From Anthoceros angustus (Eukaryota > Plantae > Anthocerotophyta), in NCBI GenBank assembly GCA_010909165.1, contig VJWM01000126.1, positions 496,001 through 560,000 on the forward strand: a stretch of DNA of 64,000 nucleotides. The letters are read 5' to 3'. Below, piece by piece: positions 1 through 10,500 of the stretch (its first letter is position 1; each line of letters opens with the position of its first letter). A program made the translations under genes and the position numbers. The notes beneath the pieces were generated by a model. That model searched no databases and was not told the origin of the DNA. It saw nothing but the letters and a program-made list of their open reading frames with translations.

Positions 1-24
1 ATACAACTTTGAGCCTGCACAGAA

Positions 25-821
25 ATGGCCATGGTTCGGATTGCCATGCTCACGTGCTGCGGCTCACCCTTGACCCTGAGCGGAATTGTGCCGAGATGGG
101 CTGGCCAGATGCGGGGAATGCTGCCAGGTGAAGTGCACCAACGACGGATGCAACGACACGCCCACCACTGTCGTGATGACGGATCAGTGCCCGGGTGGCG
201 TGGGAAGCCCCATTTCGATCTCAGCGGCTCTGCATTCGAAACCTCGCTGCCGCCGGCCGATCGTCTGACCTCGTCACGCTGGGCGGGTCCCGGCTGCTCC
301 GGATACATCCCTGAGGCTGTAATGACAATGCAATGCTTCGAATAGACGATGGCATGGATGCGTTGCGCGCAGGGTGCCTTGCTCCTACGGTTCCCAGACT
401 GTGGCATTCGACATGGACGCGAATTGCAATCCCAATTGGGTCGCCTTCGTGGTCGAGTTTCAAGCAGGCGATGGAGATCTCCACTCTGTCGAACTCAAGG
501 TTAGGAAAAGCTATGCATGGTGTCTCGGTTTTGGACACTGTTGATTACTCTTGGATGGCATTGGCTTTCATGAGTTGAAACCAGCCACAAGATCTCACAT
601 GTGGTGAATGTTGGGGTGGCAGGATGCGTCTTCAGCTTGGCAGGCAGTGAGTCACAATTGGGGAGCCAACTGGCAATTCTTCGGGAGCCTTAACGGCCCC
701 GTTTCTGTTCGGCTCAAATCCCTCCAATACTGCCGACCAAGTGCTGGTTGCCAAGGATGCCATTCCAGCTGACTGGACACCTGGCCACACCTACCAATAC
801 CAAGACCAGTTTAGCTACTAG
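25..821 (+). pseudogene. EXPB: Beta-expansin (EXPB-like), degenerate, copy 1
   Basis: CGECCQVKCT..TTVVMTDQCPGG, KPHFDLSGSAFG (HFD motif), VPCSYG..WVAFVVEFQAGDGDLHSVELK, GT-AG intron, then AWQAVSHNWGANWQF..GPVSVRL..DAIPADWTPGHTY..FSY*. Frameshift before the HFD motif; N-terminal part of the DPBB domain is eroded. Confidence 0.85.
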
Positions 822-1583
822 GAAAATTTGATGCACCGCACATTTGGGTCGGGTCCTGCATCCAGTGCGCCCACAATCAAAGCTTGGGTGCATTTGTACG
901 TAGTGCTTTTCAAACTGTACTATTATTCTAAAATTACATTATTCTCACATTCCTGATTCTGTGTTTGAGGGAAACAACAGCAACCCATCTTCAACTTACC
1001 AGCAGTGTTACCAGTTTTTTTGACGGAAACACTAGCAAATTGGCTTCAAGTAATTTACGGGCCTGTCCAGCGGTTCAAGCTTATTGAAAGAATGATAATG
1101 ACCCATCCAGCTTCACAAATGTTCCAAGTGTATCTCATCCTGCATTCGAGCTCGGGTATTCAGTAATGGACAAACAGAAGCCTCACATCCGCCCAACTGT
1201 GAGTTCACACAAGGCTGTAGGGCTGTACCTGACCGAAACCTGAAGACTTCAGTGAAGGCTCGGATCTTGTGTCGGGTGCTCAGGCACACTTCTTCTGATA
1301 ACTGCAACGACATGCTGAACAGGAAAAGATTTGTTAGCAGTCCCACCAAAGAAACTAATGCCTGAAGGCAAGAATACGAATCAAGCGTTGTTTGAGGTTA
1401 GGAGGTTGCGGAACTCATGTTAGAAGAACCGCCGTAATATGTATGTACTGAAAGCAGAGTGTTTCCGCTCCACATACGGTTGGTTACGGTTTCCGCACCT
1501 CCTGCTCCTTCCTGCAATATTAAATCCTCACGATCCAATCCAACTTTCAACGTCCGATTTGGGTTTAATTTGGGGTCCCCGAG

Positions 1584-1779
1584 TGGGGTGCGCCAGGCAA
1601 TGGAAGTAGTGCAAGCCCAAAGCGACGCTCGAGGAGCCGTGGTAGCAAGCTACCACTTGAGGCCTCGCCCCGAGAGAAATTAGATTAATATCATGTGGGT
1701 CGATGACCCACGTATCAGATATTAAACTGATAAGAACAGATACTACACTTGATCTTAGCCAAAAGGCCGAGAAAGGTAT
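1584..1779 (-). ncRNA. U2: U2 spliceosomal snRNA, type A
   Basis: Reverse complement reads ATACCTTTCTCGGCCTTTTGGCTAAGATCAAGTGTAGTATCTGTTCTTATCAGTTTAATATCTGATA, the plant U2 5' end with branch-pairing GUAGUA; stem III hairpin and loop IV UUGCACUAC present; about 196-198 nt. Confidence 0.97.
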
Positions 1780-1801
1780 ACCTCCCTCTCGCAGGTCAGG
1801 G

Positions 1802-1849
1802 TCTATATGGGCCAGAGGTGTTACGGTTTGTTCCCTACCGATATGGGGT
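1802..1849 (-). promoter_or_regulatory. Plant snRNA promoter (USE-like ACCCCATATCG + TATAGA) of U2-A
   Basis: USE-like element (consensus RTCCCACATCG) at about -60 to -70 and TATA at about -28, 31 bp apart, closer to Pol II than Pol III spacing. Same at 15521-15568, 29402-29449, 30674-30721 and 50943-50990. Confidence 0.8.
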
Positions 1850-2382
1850 AATACCCTATATGGTTATCGTTTCGTTTGACACTAGCTGGTCTTGAGGTCC
1901 TCTCAACGCTTTGCTTCTATGTTTTTCGTGGGTACCCAATAAGAAACCGTCTCCACTATCCTTCATCGCTAGTATGTAGTGGGCATCTGCTACATTTTGT
2001 TGTCTGCAAAATTGTTGCCATAGTTGCTCCCGCCTCCGGAGACCCGTCCCCACCCACAAATTTTCCGGGAAGTGGAACTCCTTACACGCTGCACCTAGAG
2101 GCTTGGTTGTTTGTCAAGGCTTGAATCCCCAAAGTGAGGTGGCGGGAGCTCTCGTAGAATCCCTATAGACACACCGATTTGTTAGGTCCACAACAACGGG
2201 TCCGATTGCCACACCGTGGCCATCGTTTTGTCCGGATATGGCCATCTTTGCCGGGCCCTTATCTTTGCCCGTGCCTTTCCTGGGTCATCATTAGCACGGT
2301 CTCGACCATCTCAAGGATTACTTTACCCCAAAGGATCCCTCTAGCGAGTCTGTTTCTTTTGGCGGCGGTGGCAAAGGGAGAT

Positions 2383-3032
2383 CACTACTAGGAAAAGTAT
2401 CCTTTTACAACGGATTTTACAACGAGTTTTACAACACTTTTACAACGACCGTTGTAAAATTGTTGTTGTAAACACCCCTTAGTAATATACGTTGTAAAAA
2501 CGTCAAACGTCAAACGTCAAACGTATATACTACATAAACGTATACGTCCTTGCATATAGTATACGAGCATGGTATACACTGTTGTAAAATGGACCGTTGT
2601 AAATATTCTAAATCCTTGTAAATTCTACCATTGTAAGTTATGTATGCCGTTGTAAATATAGATGGCCTTGTTATTGAAACCATTGTAAATTGAGCCCTTG
2701 TAAAACTTTGTACCATTGTAAACATCTCCACGAATTCAAACTATTATAAATAACAATAAATTAACCCATTACAAACTCCAATATTGTCAATAAAATATAC
2801 CATTGTAAAACGTTTCCGTCAAATGCAAACCCTTGTAAAAATGTATACTATTGTAAATTCTCATTGTAAATATTTCCCCAAAATTCAAATCGTTGTAGAT
2901 AATTCAACCCATTGTGAATTTCGTTGTTGTAAAGAGTTTCTGCCTTTGTAGATTTCTCCCGCCAAAATTCAAAACATTGTTAATAATTTAAACCAATATA
3001 AATTCTGACGTTGTAAATAATTTAGGTCATAC
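2383..3032. mobile_element. CACTA (En/Spm) terminus with subterminal repeats, unit I
   Basis: Starts CACTACTAGGAAAAG and is followed by ~650 bp dense in TTGTAAA/TTTACAA motifs in both orientations. Confidence 0.88.
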
Positions 3033-3215
3033 TAAATAGTAAATAGTAAATAGTAAATAGTAAATAGTAAATAGAAAAAGCCCATCCAGGAGGGGACAAT
3101 CGAAGGGGACCACGGGGGTCGACGTGGAGAGGAGCAACTGAGCTCCCTACCTAAAGTCACCTACTGCACCCACAATGTCATATGCAGGAAGAATAACCGG
3201 CCTGCAAATCACGGA
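3033..3215 (-). mobile_element. CRE-like 3' UTR plus 6 heptamer tail units; ORF deleted (also 16758-16935, 52274-52470, 52688-52892)
   Basis: Matches 31972-32135 of the longer unit III copy. Confidence 0.8.
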
Positions 3216-3227
3216 GGTAGAGGAAGA

Positions 3228-5696
3228 TGTGTCACCTGAGCATCTGACTCTTCAATTCCATACTCTGCAGCAATCAAGTCGTTCCACATAGTTAAAGCCT
3301 TCATCTTCTTCCCATTTGAGTGCTTCTGTTGAACCATCCAAGGGGCAGGGTGTCCACTCTCCTTCCAATATGCATTCAACTTCTTCAGCCATGAACCAGG
3401 TTTGGAGGCCACAGTAGCAATCTCCTGAGCTGTGGGGCTCTTACCAAACCTACCTTCATACCGGGCCACAAAGACCTTTTGAACTCCATTGCCAAAATGA
3501 GCGAAAGGTTTGATCCTGTTTGTTGCATCCACCTTCTGCTGGGATGGGGCCACTATCCCGTCCCTCTTGTCACGTTCTCCTTCAAGAAAATCTGCTAGTG
3601 CTCCTCCTTCAGTTGGGCCTCACCTTCTTGACTCCATCCAAAAGTTCCTAGCTTCTCTCACATTGTTCCTCCAAAACTTTATACGGAGAAAAAGCGCATC
3701 GCAATGGCATCCATAGTCCAAGGACCAGATATCAATCTGCGAATGTTAGATTCCACAAGGAGTCTCGTACCTCGTCTCATCCCAAAAGCTTTGTACCAAT
3801 GAATTGCAAAAATCTCATGCTCCAACACCGGTCTCTCATGTGCACCCAGAATTGGTGTCACGCTTGATGAATCCTACAGCCAGCGCAAAAGCAATACGGC
3901 CATAGTTAGAATCTAACAATGAAACACTAACCACTCAAAGCTTGAACATCAAGCTTTGAATATTCAAGCTTGAACATCAAGCTCTGAATATTCAGGCTTG
4001 AATATCAGGCTTGAATATTCAGGCTTGAACAGCATGCTTGAATATTCAGGCTTGAACAACATGTGTGAATATTCAGGCTTGAACAACATGTGTGAATATT
4101 CAGGCTTGAACAACATGCCTGAATATTCAGGCTTGAACATGCGATCTAAACAACAGGCCTGATGACACACTCCTATGGTACACTAGGAACTACCGTAGGA
4201 AAACAAGATGGTGGCACTCGAATCTACTAGTGGAAAAAGAAAGTAAATTAAATCAACTTACGACAGGACATATATCCTCTTGGAATATCATACTCCACAT
4301 CAAAATTTCTTGATGCTTCACACGATGAAGGACAAGTTTATCGACATCTTTTGCACGATGCGCCTCCTTACATATCGCACACGCCTTTAACCCTCTTGCT
4401 CACGGTCTTCTTCAATACTTGAGAATGGGGTCCTCGACCTCTTGGAAGGAGTGGAGCTTCCTTAGGTCCTTCATGAATCTCCTGTCACAAGGGGAATCAT
4501 CGCCATTGGCTTGACTATCACGCACTTCATACACCTCATCATAAGGCGTGACATTCAAATCTGGATGGACACAAGGGTTTGTACACAAGGCATAGACCCC
4601 ATAGGCACAAAATCAATCGCAGCATGGTGGACAAGGCGAATTGTGGAATTCCGCTAGGATCTAGTGGGAGGTCTCAAGAGACATTATTTAGCGGTCTACC
4701 GCTAAATAATGTTACTGGGTGTCCTACACCCTTGGCCCGCATCCCCAATCTCCACTAGCCCTACGGGGCATATGATGCCATGCTTGTGTGGATATCTTGC
4801 CATGAAGAGGATACAGCCATCTCAATGACCCACTCGGCATTTTCTTCAATTTTTCACCCTAGATGCGTGTGCAAGCTTCAATTTTGATCGTGGCACCTCG
4901 CAGCCGATCGTGGCACTTTGGACACCTCGAGTCTTCTCTAGATGTTGGCAGTGCAAGGGGCTCACGCCTACGTCTCGCTTGCCTCATCACGACACGCATC
5001 TCGCCAGGATGCATATGCGAAATCGACATATGGGCCTTCCCATGCAAACGTGTGCGGGGCATGCAGTGCCGCCATCCCCATGTGTCAAGTGTGGCGGCGC
5101 AATCCCCATCCCCACGCTGCAGTGCGTGACGCCATCTCTTTTACTTGGCCCTTCGCCCCTACCTCTACACCTGCCACGAGAAGATTCCCTTGCCCCTTTC
5201 CCACGCCCACGTCTGTGGTCCTCTTCTGTACCACCACGGACGGTCCACGAATGATTCTTGCTGAAGATACATAGGGAGACTTCCCACACTTGCCTCATCC
5301 TCGCACAATACTGCTAGTGCATTCGACGACATATTGGCTCTCGGAATCTGCATCAGATAGCTCTTTCTCGAGAATGTGAGTTGCCTCCGTCCTTTTGGAT
5401 TTGAGCTTGATCCATTTCTCCCTCAAGCCTGACGCTGCACCACCCAACATTGTTTTTGCAGCCAACAAGTTCCTGCTATTCACACCCTGCTGTGAGTCCT
5501 CGAGCCCCATACCACCAATCGCCGCGTCGACAGCAGCATCTCCACATGTGAGGGCTGTTGTTGCCAAACGTCTAATGTCTGTATTTGCCTCCGCTTGAAA
5601 TATCGGCTTCTTGTGTTTGGGCATCCGACTAATGAAGAAATGTGAGTGGCAAAGACACAAAATCAAGATATACCATGCACGACAAGCAAGAAGCAA
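3228..5696 (-). pseudogene. CACTA TnpA/Transposase_24-like multi-exon gene, unit I
   Basis: Consensus across copies: IKFWRNNVRREARNFLDGVKKVRPKSVKEEHWQIFLKE..NRIKPFAHFGNGVQKVFVARYEGRFGKSPTAQEI, resembling the Ptta/En/Spm W-R..RP..W..H.G..P.R pattern; next to the CACTA end; frameshifted. Confidence 0.6.
3935..4140. repeat. ~27-bp minisatellite (GAATATTCAGGCTTGAACAACATGTGT), probably intronic; also 17652-17849, 34549-34673, 63571-63765
   Basis: Directly visible tandem units containing the palindromic parts GAATATTC and TTCA(A/G)GCTTGAA. Confidence 0.9.
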
Positions 5697-6471
5697 GCAG
5701 ACAAAGGTGGAGTATTGTGTTGAAGTTCTAGCTCGTGTACCGCGGATCAGTCCTCGTCAGTATAGTGTCGCCACTATCCATATTTGTAAAACCCGGATCG
5801 GATGCACTCTTTACGATGAAGTGGTCGCTATGAACCTAAAGGCAAAGACATGTCGTTGAGGAAGACAAGGTAGCTACCGCCACCAGGGAATGCAACCGAG
5901 CAGACCCGCTCAAAGCTTTCATGGAAAAGACGGTTCGAACGCAGCTTAGGTTTTAGTATCGGTTTTGTACAATGGTGGCGGTTGGAGAACTCTCGTGAAA
6001 AAATGGTTGCTAGCATATACGGTACAAAGTATGCGAAGCATTCGGTTTCTCTTGAGAATGCCAACAGCAACGCAATTTTGTTTCTGTCTCTCAAGAATCT
6101 TGAAAGGCACACGGCTTCCATAATGCAGGACAATGTTATACAGTCTAATGATGAAACTTTTGCTCGAAAACTTACAAGTCTTCCTTGCCAAGTTTGCGCT
6201 GTTTGTTTCCATCGAATCACGAGATGAACACGAAACTCAGAACGGCTAAGTATCGACCTAGGTAGATTGCAAAATCCTAAAAAGTGCAGCACATCACCAT
6301 CAATGGTGCGGTTTCATTTGGTCTACTTGTGACTCATTTACTTTAGCCAACGCTCCAAGAACACAAAGTCCAAGTCTGCAAGGCATAATTCCAGCAAACG
6401 GCATAACTTTGATAAAATTGTGGAAGAATGGAGTGCAAGTCGTTCGATTAAGATCCTCCACACTCTAGACA

Positions 6472-6550
6472 GAGGAATCACCATGCCTCCTGGTGAGAGC
6501 TCCAAGTTTGAGAGGAATCACCACGCCTCCTTGTGAGAGCTCCAAGTTTA
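6472..6550. repeat. ~40-bp tandem repeat GAGGAATCACCACGCCTCCTGGTGAGAGCTCCAAGTTCGA (x2; x2 at 20253-20327; x3 at 39441-39558)
   Basis: Seen directly. Confidence 0.9.
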
Positions 6551-6938
6551 GTCACGCGGAGGCGTGTACGAATAGATTATTATTCCTAATCTAGTAGGTT
6601 TTCATATAGAGATGCATATAGTGTAGTGGACAAGGTCAAACACTTGGTCTCGAGTTTGAATCTGATCTCGCGCACATGTCGACTAATAGATTGTTTCTCC
6701 TAATCAAATAGGGTTTCGTATGTATTGGTGTTCATGGGGTCAAGTCTCTGAGAGACATGTAAGTGTAGAATATTATTTCCAATTAAACACGTTTCCGCAG
6801 GGATGGTATTATGAGGGTTCGAGTTCTTTGCCGTACAATCCATATGCTATGTTATGGCTCGAAACCCTATGTATGTACATACTTGGGTACCAATGTATGC
6901 TACTTGGGTATCTCCAATACTACAGTATTACTTTTAAT

Positions 6939-7030
6939 TTTATGAATTATTGTATAGAGATGAAATTTTTTATGAATTATTGTATAGAGATAAAAAAAAT
7001 TTATGAATTATTGTATAGAGATGAAATTAG
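6939..7030. repeat. ~30-bp tandem repeat TTATGAATTATTGTATAGAGAT.. (x3; also ~20830-20910 and ~40005-40065)
   Basis: Seen directly. Confidence 0.85.
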
Positions 7031-7040
7031 TGTTGTGGTT

Positions 7041-7537
7041 GGTGTTATGTCCTATGTATACGCGATTGTTTTTCAAGGGGGTCTAGACCCCCTTTCGAAT
7101 CGCTCAAGTGTTGGGGGCTAGTTGTTTGTTGGCTATGGAGAAGCCCACCCCCGGGGTCCGCCCTATTGGAGTGAGAGAGGCTTTTTGCGGCTTGTTAGTC
7201 GCAGCATAGCCATCTTGCTTCGGGAGCAATTCCAGGGGCACTTCACACTAATTCGGCATCGCCTCGGGGTGTGAGTCCGTGGCTTTTGGCGTGGGCGTTA
7301 TGGAGTCTCATCACGATTGGCTCGCCTGCGTGGATGTCGAGAATGCTTTTAACACGGTCTCGGTGGCCATTTTGACGAGTTCAAGGGCGTAGGTGGACAT
7401 GTGACATTTTGCTTATCCCTTTGGTTCACCCTCCCAGTCTTCTTCCAATCTCTACTATCAGCATGGGCCCGCGGTCGAGGGGGTTTCGGTGTTGGCCTTA
7501 GTAGCTGGCACAAGGCGGGGATCCATTGGGATTGTTT
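7041..7537 (+). mobile_element. CRE-like RT N-terminal fragment, unit I
   Basis: Homologous to 20930-21447 with more indels. Confidence 0.75.
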
Positions 7538-7587
7538 TGTTGATGTTGTTTGCACGATTTGGAGTTTCTCGACGCTTTTCTAGTTCG

Positions 7588-10500
7588 ATGGCTCTTAAAA
7601 GAAAACCCTCTTGGGCGTCTTTGGACCAAAAAGAAACAAGGTTCTATGGCCAAAGTCACGGCTAAGCTGTACACACGATAACGTATCAAAACAACAATTC
7701 TTCACACTACAACCCACCCACTGCAGGATGATGGTAAAGTTGATGGTGTCCTTGTGCACAGTGAGGGAACTTATTTGGTGCTTAAGAAGGCCACTCCCAA
7801 ACCGCCAAGGCACTTCTCATCCAAGAAGGATGCGCGTGCTGAATTTTGTTCAAGAGAAGAAGGGTGGACACCGACTGCCATTGGTGGAGGGCCCGCTTTG
7901 GAGATTACTAAGTGTTCTTGGGATGAGAGGGGTTTGAGTATGTTGGTGAGAATGACCATTTGATAACTGTGATTCCAAAGTTCTTAGCACAGTGAGAGTT
8001 TGTCTGCAGTCGAAATGTATGTAGTGCTGTACAACAAGATGCCTTATAGGTTGGTCAATTTTCCATGCCTGTACTGGTTCCTGACCCTACAGTGATACCT
8101 GATCAGGAATGTCTTGATTTGTTTGAGAGATTGAGGAGTGCGGGTCTTGAGGATGATTTTGCTATGGGCATGGAGGAAATTGATGACGAGGCTAACTTCA
8201 GAGAACAGGGGTTTGACCTCTCTGTCCCCGAGGGTGCTGTTAATGATGCTTTGAGTGGTGGTGAGGACAAGTCCAAACGCCAAAGTAATTGGTGCCAGAG
8301 TCGTCTTAAGGCTTTCATGAAAGTCAGTGGTGTTTGGGGTTAGGATAGCGCAATAGAGGACATCCCTTATAAGGACTTAAACCTTATATTGATACCCTTT
8401 TCCATAAGTTTGGGGCTTAAAAACAACTCTATATTCTCTCAAAACATAAGCTCTGCCCTTCTTTTGTTTCGTCTCTCATGTAAGTTGTTGATTTTGACCT
8501 TTTGTGCGATGTCCTTCTTTCGAGGATTCAATCGAATCTTAGAGAAAGTGTACGGACGAGCTTGGATCCGACATACCTATGATAAACATGTTTCACGGAA
8601 TATTCCATGGGGCTTAGCTGGCGTCGATGAAAATCAGCAAGGACCTTAGAACTGCTTCATGTTGAAAGGAGGTTGTCGATATCCGATGATGATGAGCGCA
8701 TACTATCCCATAGAGATCATCAATGTTCTTTTGGGTGTGGTGCCCAAAATGGTACTTCTCTTGTCAGTGTTTTGGGATGATTTTGTTGCCTTGTTGTTGC
8801 AACGCGTTTTGCCTTGCCTTGGTATCGACATTCAATTGTCTCGGTTTGCGTATTTCTGCATGAATCGATTTGGAGTTCGTGGCGAAGAGGAGTTACATAA
8901 CCTTTAATTAGGGACTTTTCATTTTCATCACATTCGGGCGGACAATTTATGCGATGTTTATTACGTTGTGTTTCATGATTTTGTTGTGATGTAATCTTGT
9001 ATAGTGTTGGCGCTTCGTTTTTGTCACGATATGAAGATATCCTAACAATTTGAGGATATCCTAACAATTTGAGGACTTGCGAGATATGACCGTTAAGTAA
9101 GCAAAAGCAGTACCGCAGAGGGGTTCTAGTTCCTAGTGAACGAAGATCTTCCAAGGAGTTGCTCAATGAAGAACTTACTCGGATGCAGGATGATCTGCGG
9201 GGTGTGCTTCCGTCAACTGTCCTGAATATGACTCCAGAAGTAGTATTTGCCAGTTAGCCGGAAGATGTAAGTGTATTCATGCATGAGGAAAATCTATTTG
9301 TTCTTTGAAAATGTTTTGATATTGTGAGTTATGTACAGGCCTGCGGTCAATGTCCCTTACAAGTGCAACGCATTGAGAATGTTAGCAATAATAAGTTTGT
9401 GGACTGTTTTTCCAAAATCGTGTCTTCATTCTGTAATGTGTTCTCTGACTCCCATTTTAATTGTCGGGGTCTTTGTTTACCCCGATATCCATCATGAAAG
9501 TAGACCGCAGTTCTAACTTTTCCCTTATGTAGTGATACTCAACAGCTATATGTTTAGTTCTAGAATGAAAACAGGATTTCGTGCAAGTGCAATGGCACCA
9601 CGCTATCACTAAACAAGATGTAGGCTTAAGTTGAGGATGGTGAAGTTCACTCAAAACTAACTGGACCACACTATGTCTTTAGAACCGAGGTTAGCACTGC
9701 ATCGTATTCGATTGACAAAGCTATAGTAGGTTGTTTCTTACTTGACCAGGATATTGGTGCTCCTCCCAAGAGTAATACATACAATCTGATTTCGTGTGTC
9801 GGGGTCACAAAGATAGTCGGCATCGATATGCCGTTAGAGTTAATGTGTTGATAGCTGGTGTATGCTTGAACATCAGTCCTGTGTACATAGTGCCTTTAAG
9901 GTATCTAAATATACGCTTAATGGACATCCGTGCTCACGCCGTGTTCTCCAAGAATTGTGAGGTGACTTCAAAAGATATATCCGGTCTCGTAAAATTGCAT
10001 AAATATATTAGAGTGCCAACATGTATGGAATCGACATTTCTAGCTTTTCTTCATTTTGGGACTCATATCCGAGGTAAGCCTAACACCACTTGCAAAGGTG
10101 TGGGTGCAGCTTTGCATCCTCAAGTCCAAATTTAGCTAAACTCTCCTTAATATACTTGGTTTGAACTATACTTAGAGTCTTATTACCTCTATTTCGTATA
10201 ATATTAACACCAAGTGCATATGTCATTTCTCCTAGATCGGACATCTCAAATAGAGTCCTAAGCCATGCTTTAGTTTCGGCTAGGAGAGTGAGGGAGTTTG
10301 TTGCCATAAAAACATCATCAACATAAAGTAGAAGATAAAATATATCATTGCGGATATTAGGATGTACATACAAGCATCACCGGCTTTGCTTAAATCCTCT
10401 CCCAATAAGTTGTACATGTATGGTTAAATTCCAATTCTTGCCTGACTGCTTAAGGCCATACAAACCTTTGATGAGTCGGCATACCCAATCTTCTTTGCCT

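Noticed and set aside
1584-1779. U2-targeting retroelement (Utopia or Keno) insertion
   Set aside because: All eight U2 genes are uninterrupted, and both CRE-like fragments lie more than 1 kb from any U2.
3033-3074. TAAATAG array as a telomeric repeat
   Set aside because: It is not TTTAGGG-like, is only 5-8 units long, and is explained as the retroelement tail.
3935-4140. CRISPR array
   Set aside because: No unique spacers, no cas genes, eukaryotic context; it is a minisatellite.
6623-6631. GTAGTG|GAC as the second CACTA TIR
   Set aside because: Only 6 bp match, the TSD is imperfect (GAT vs GAC), there are no TTGTAAA subterminal repeats, and unit II reads ATAGTG.
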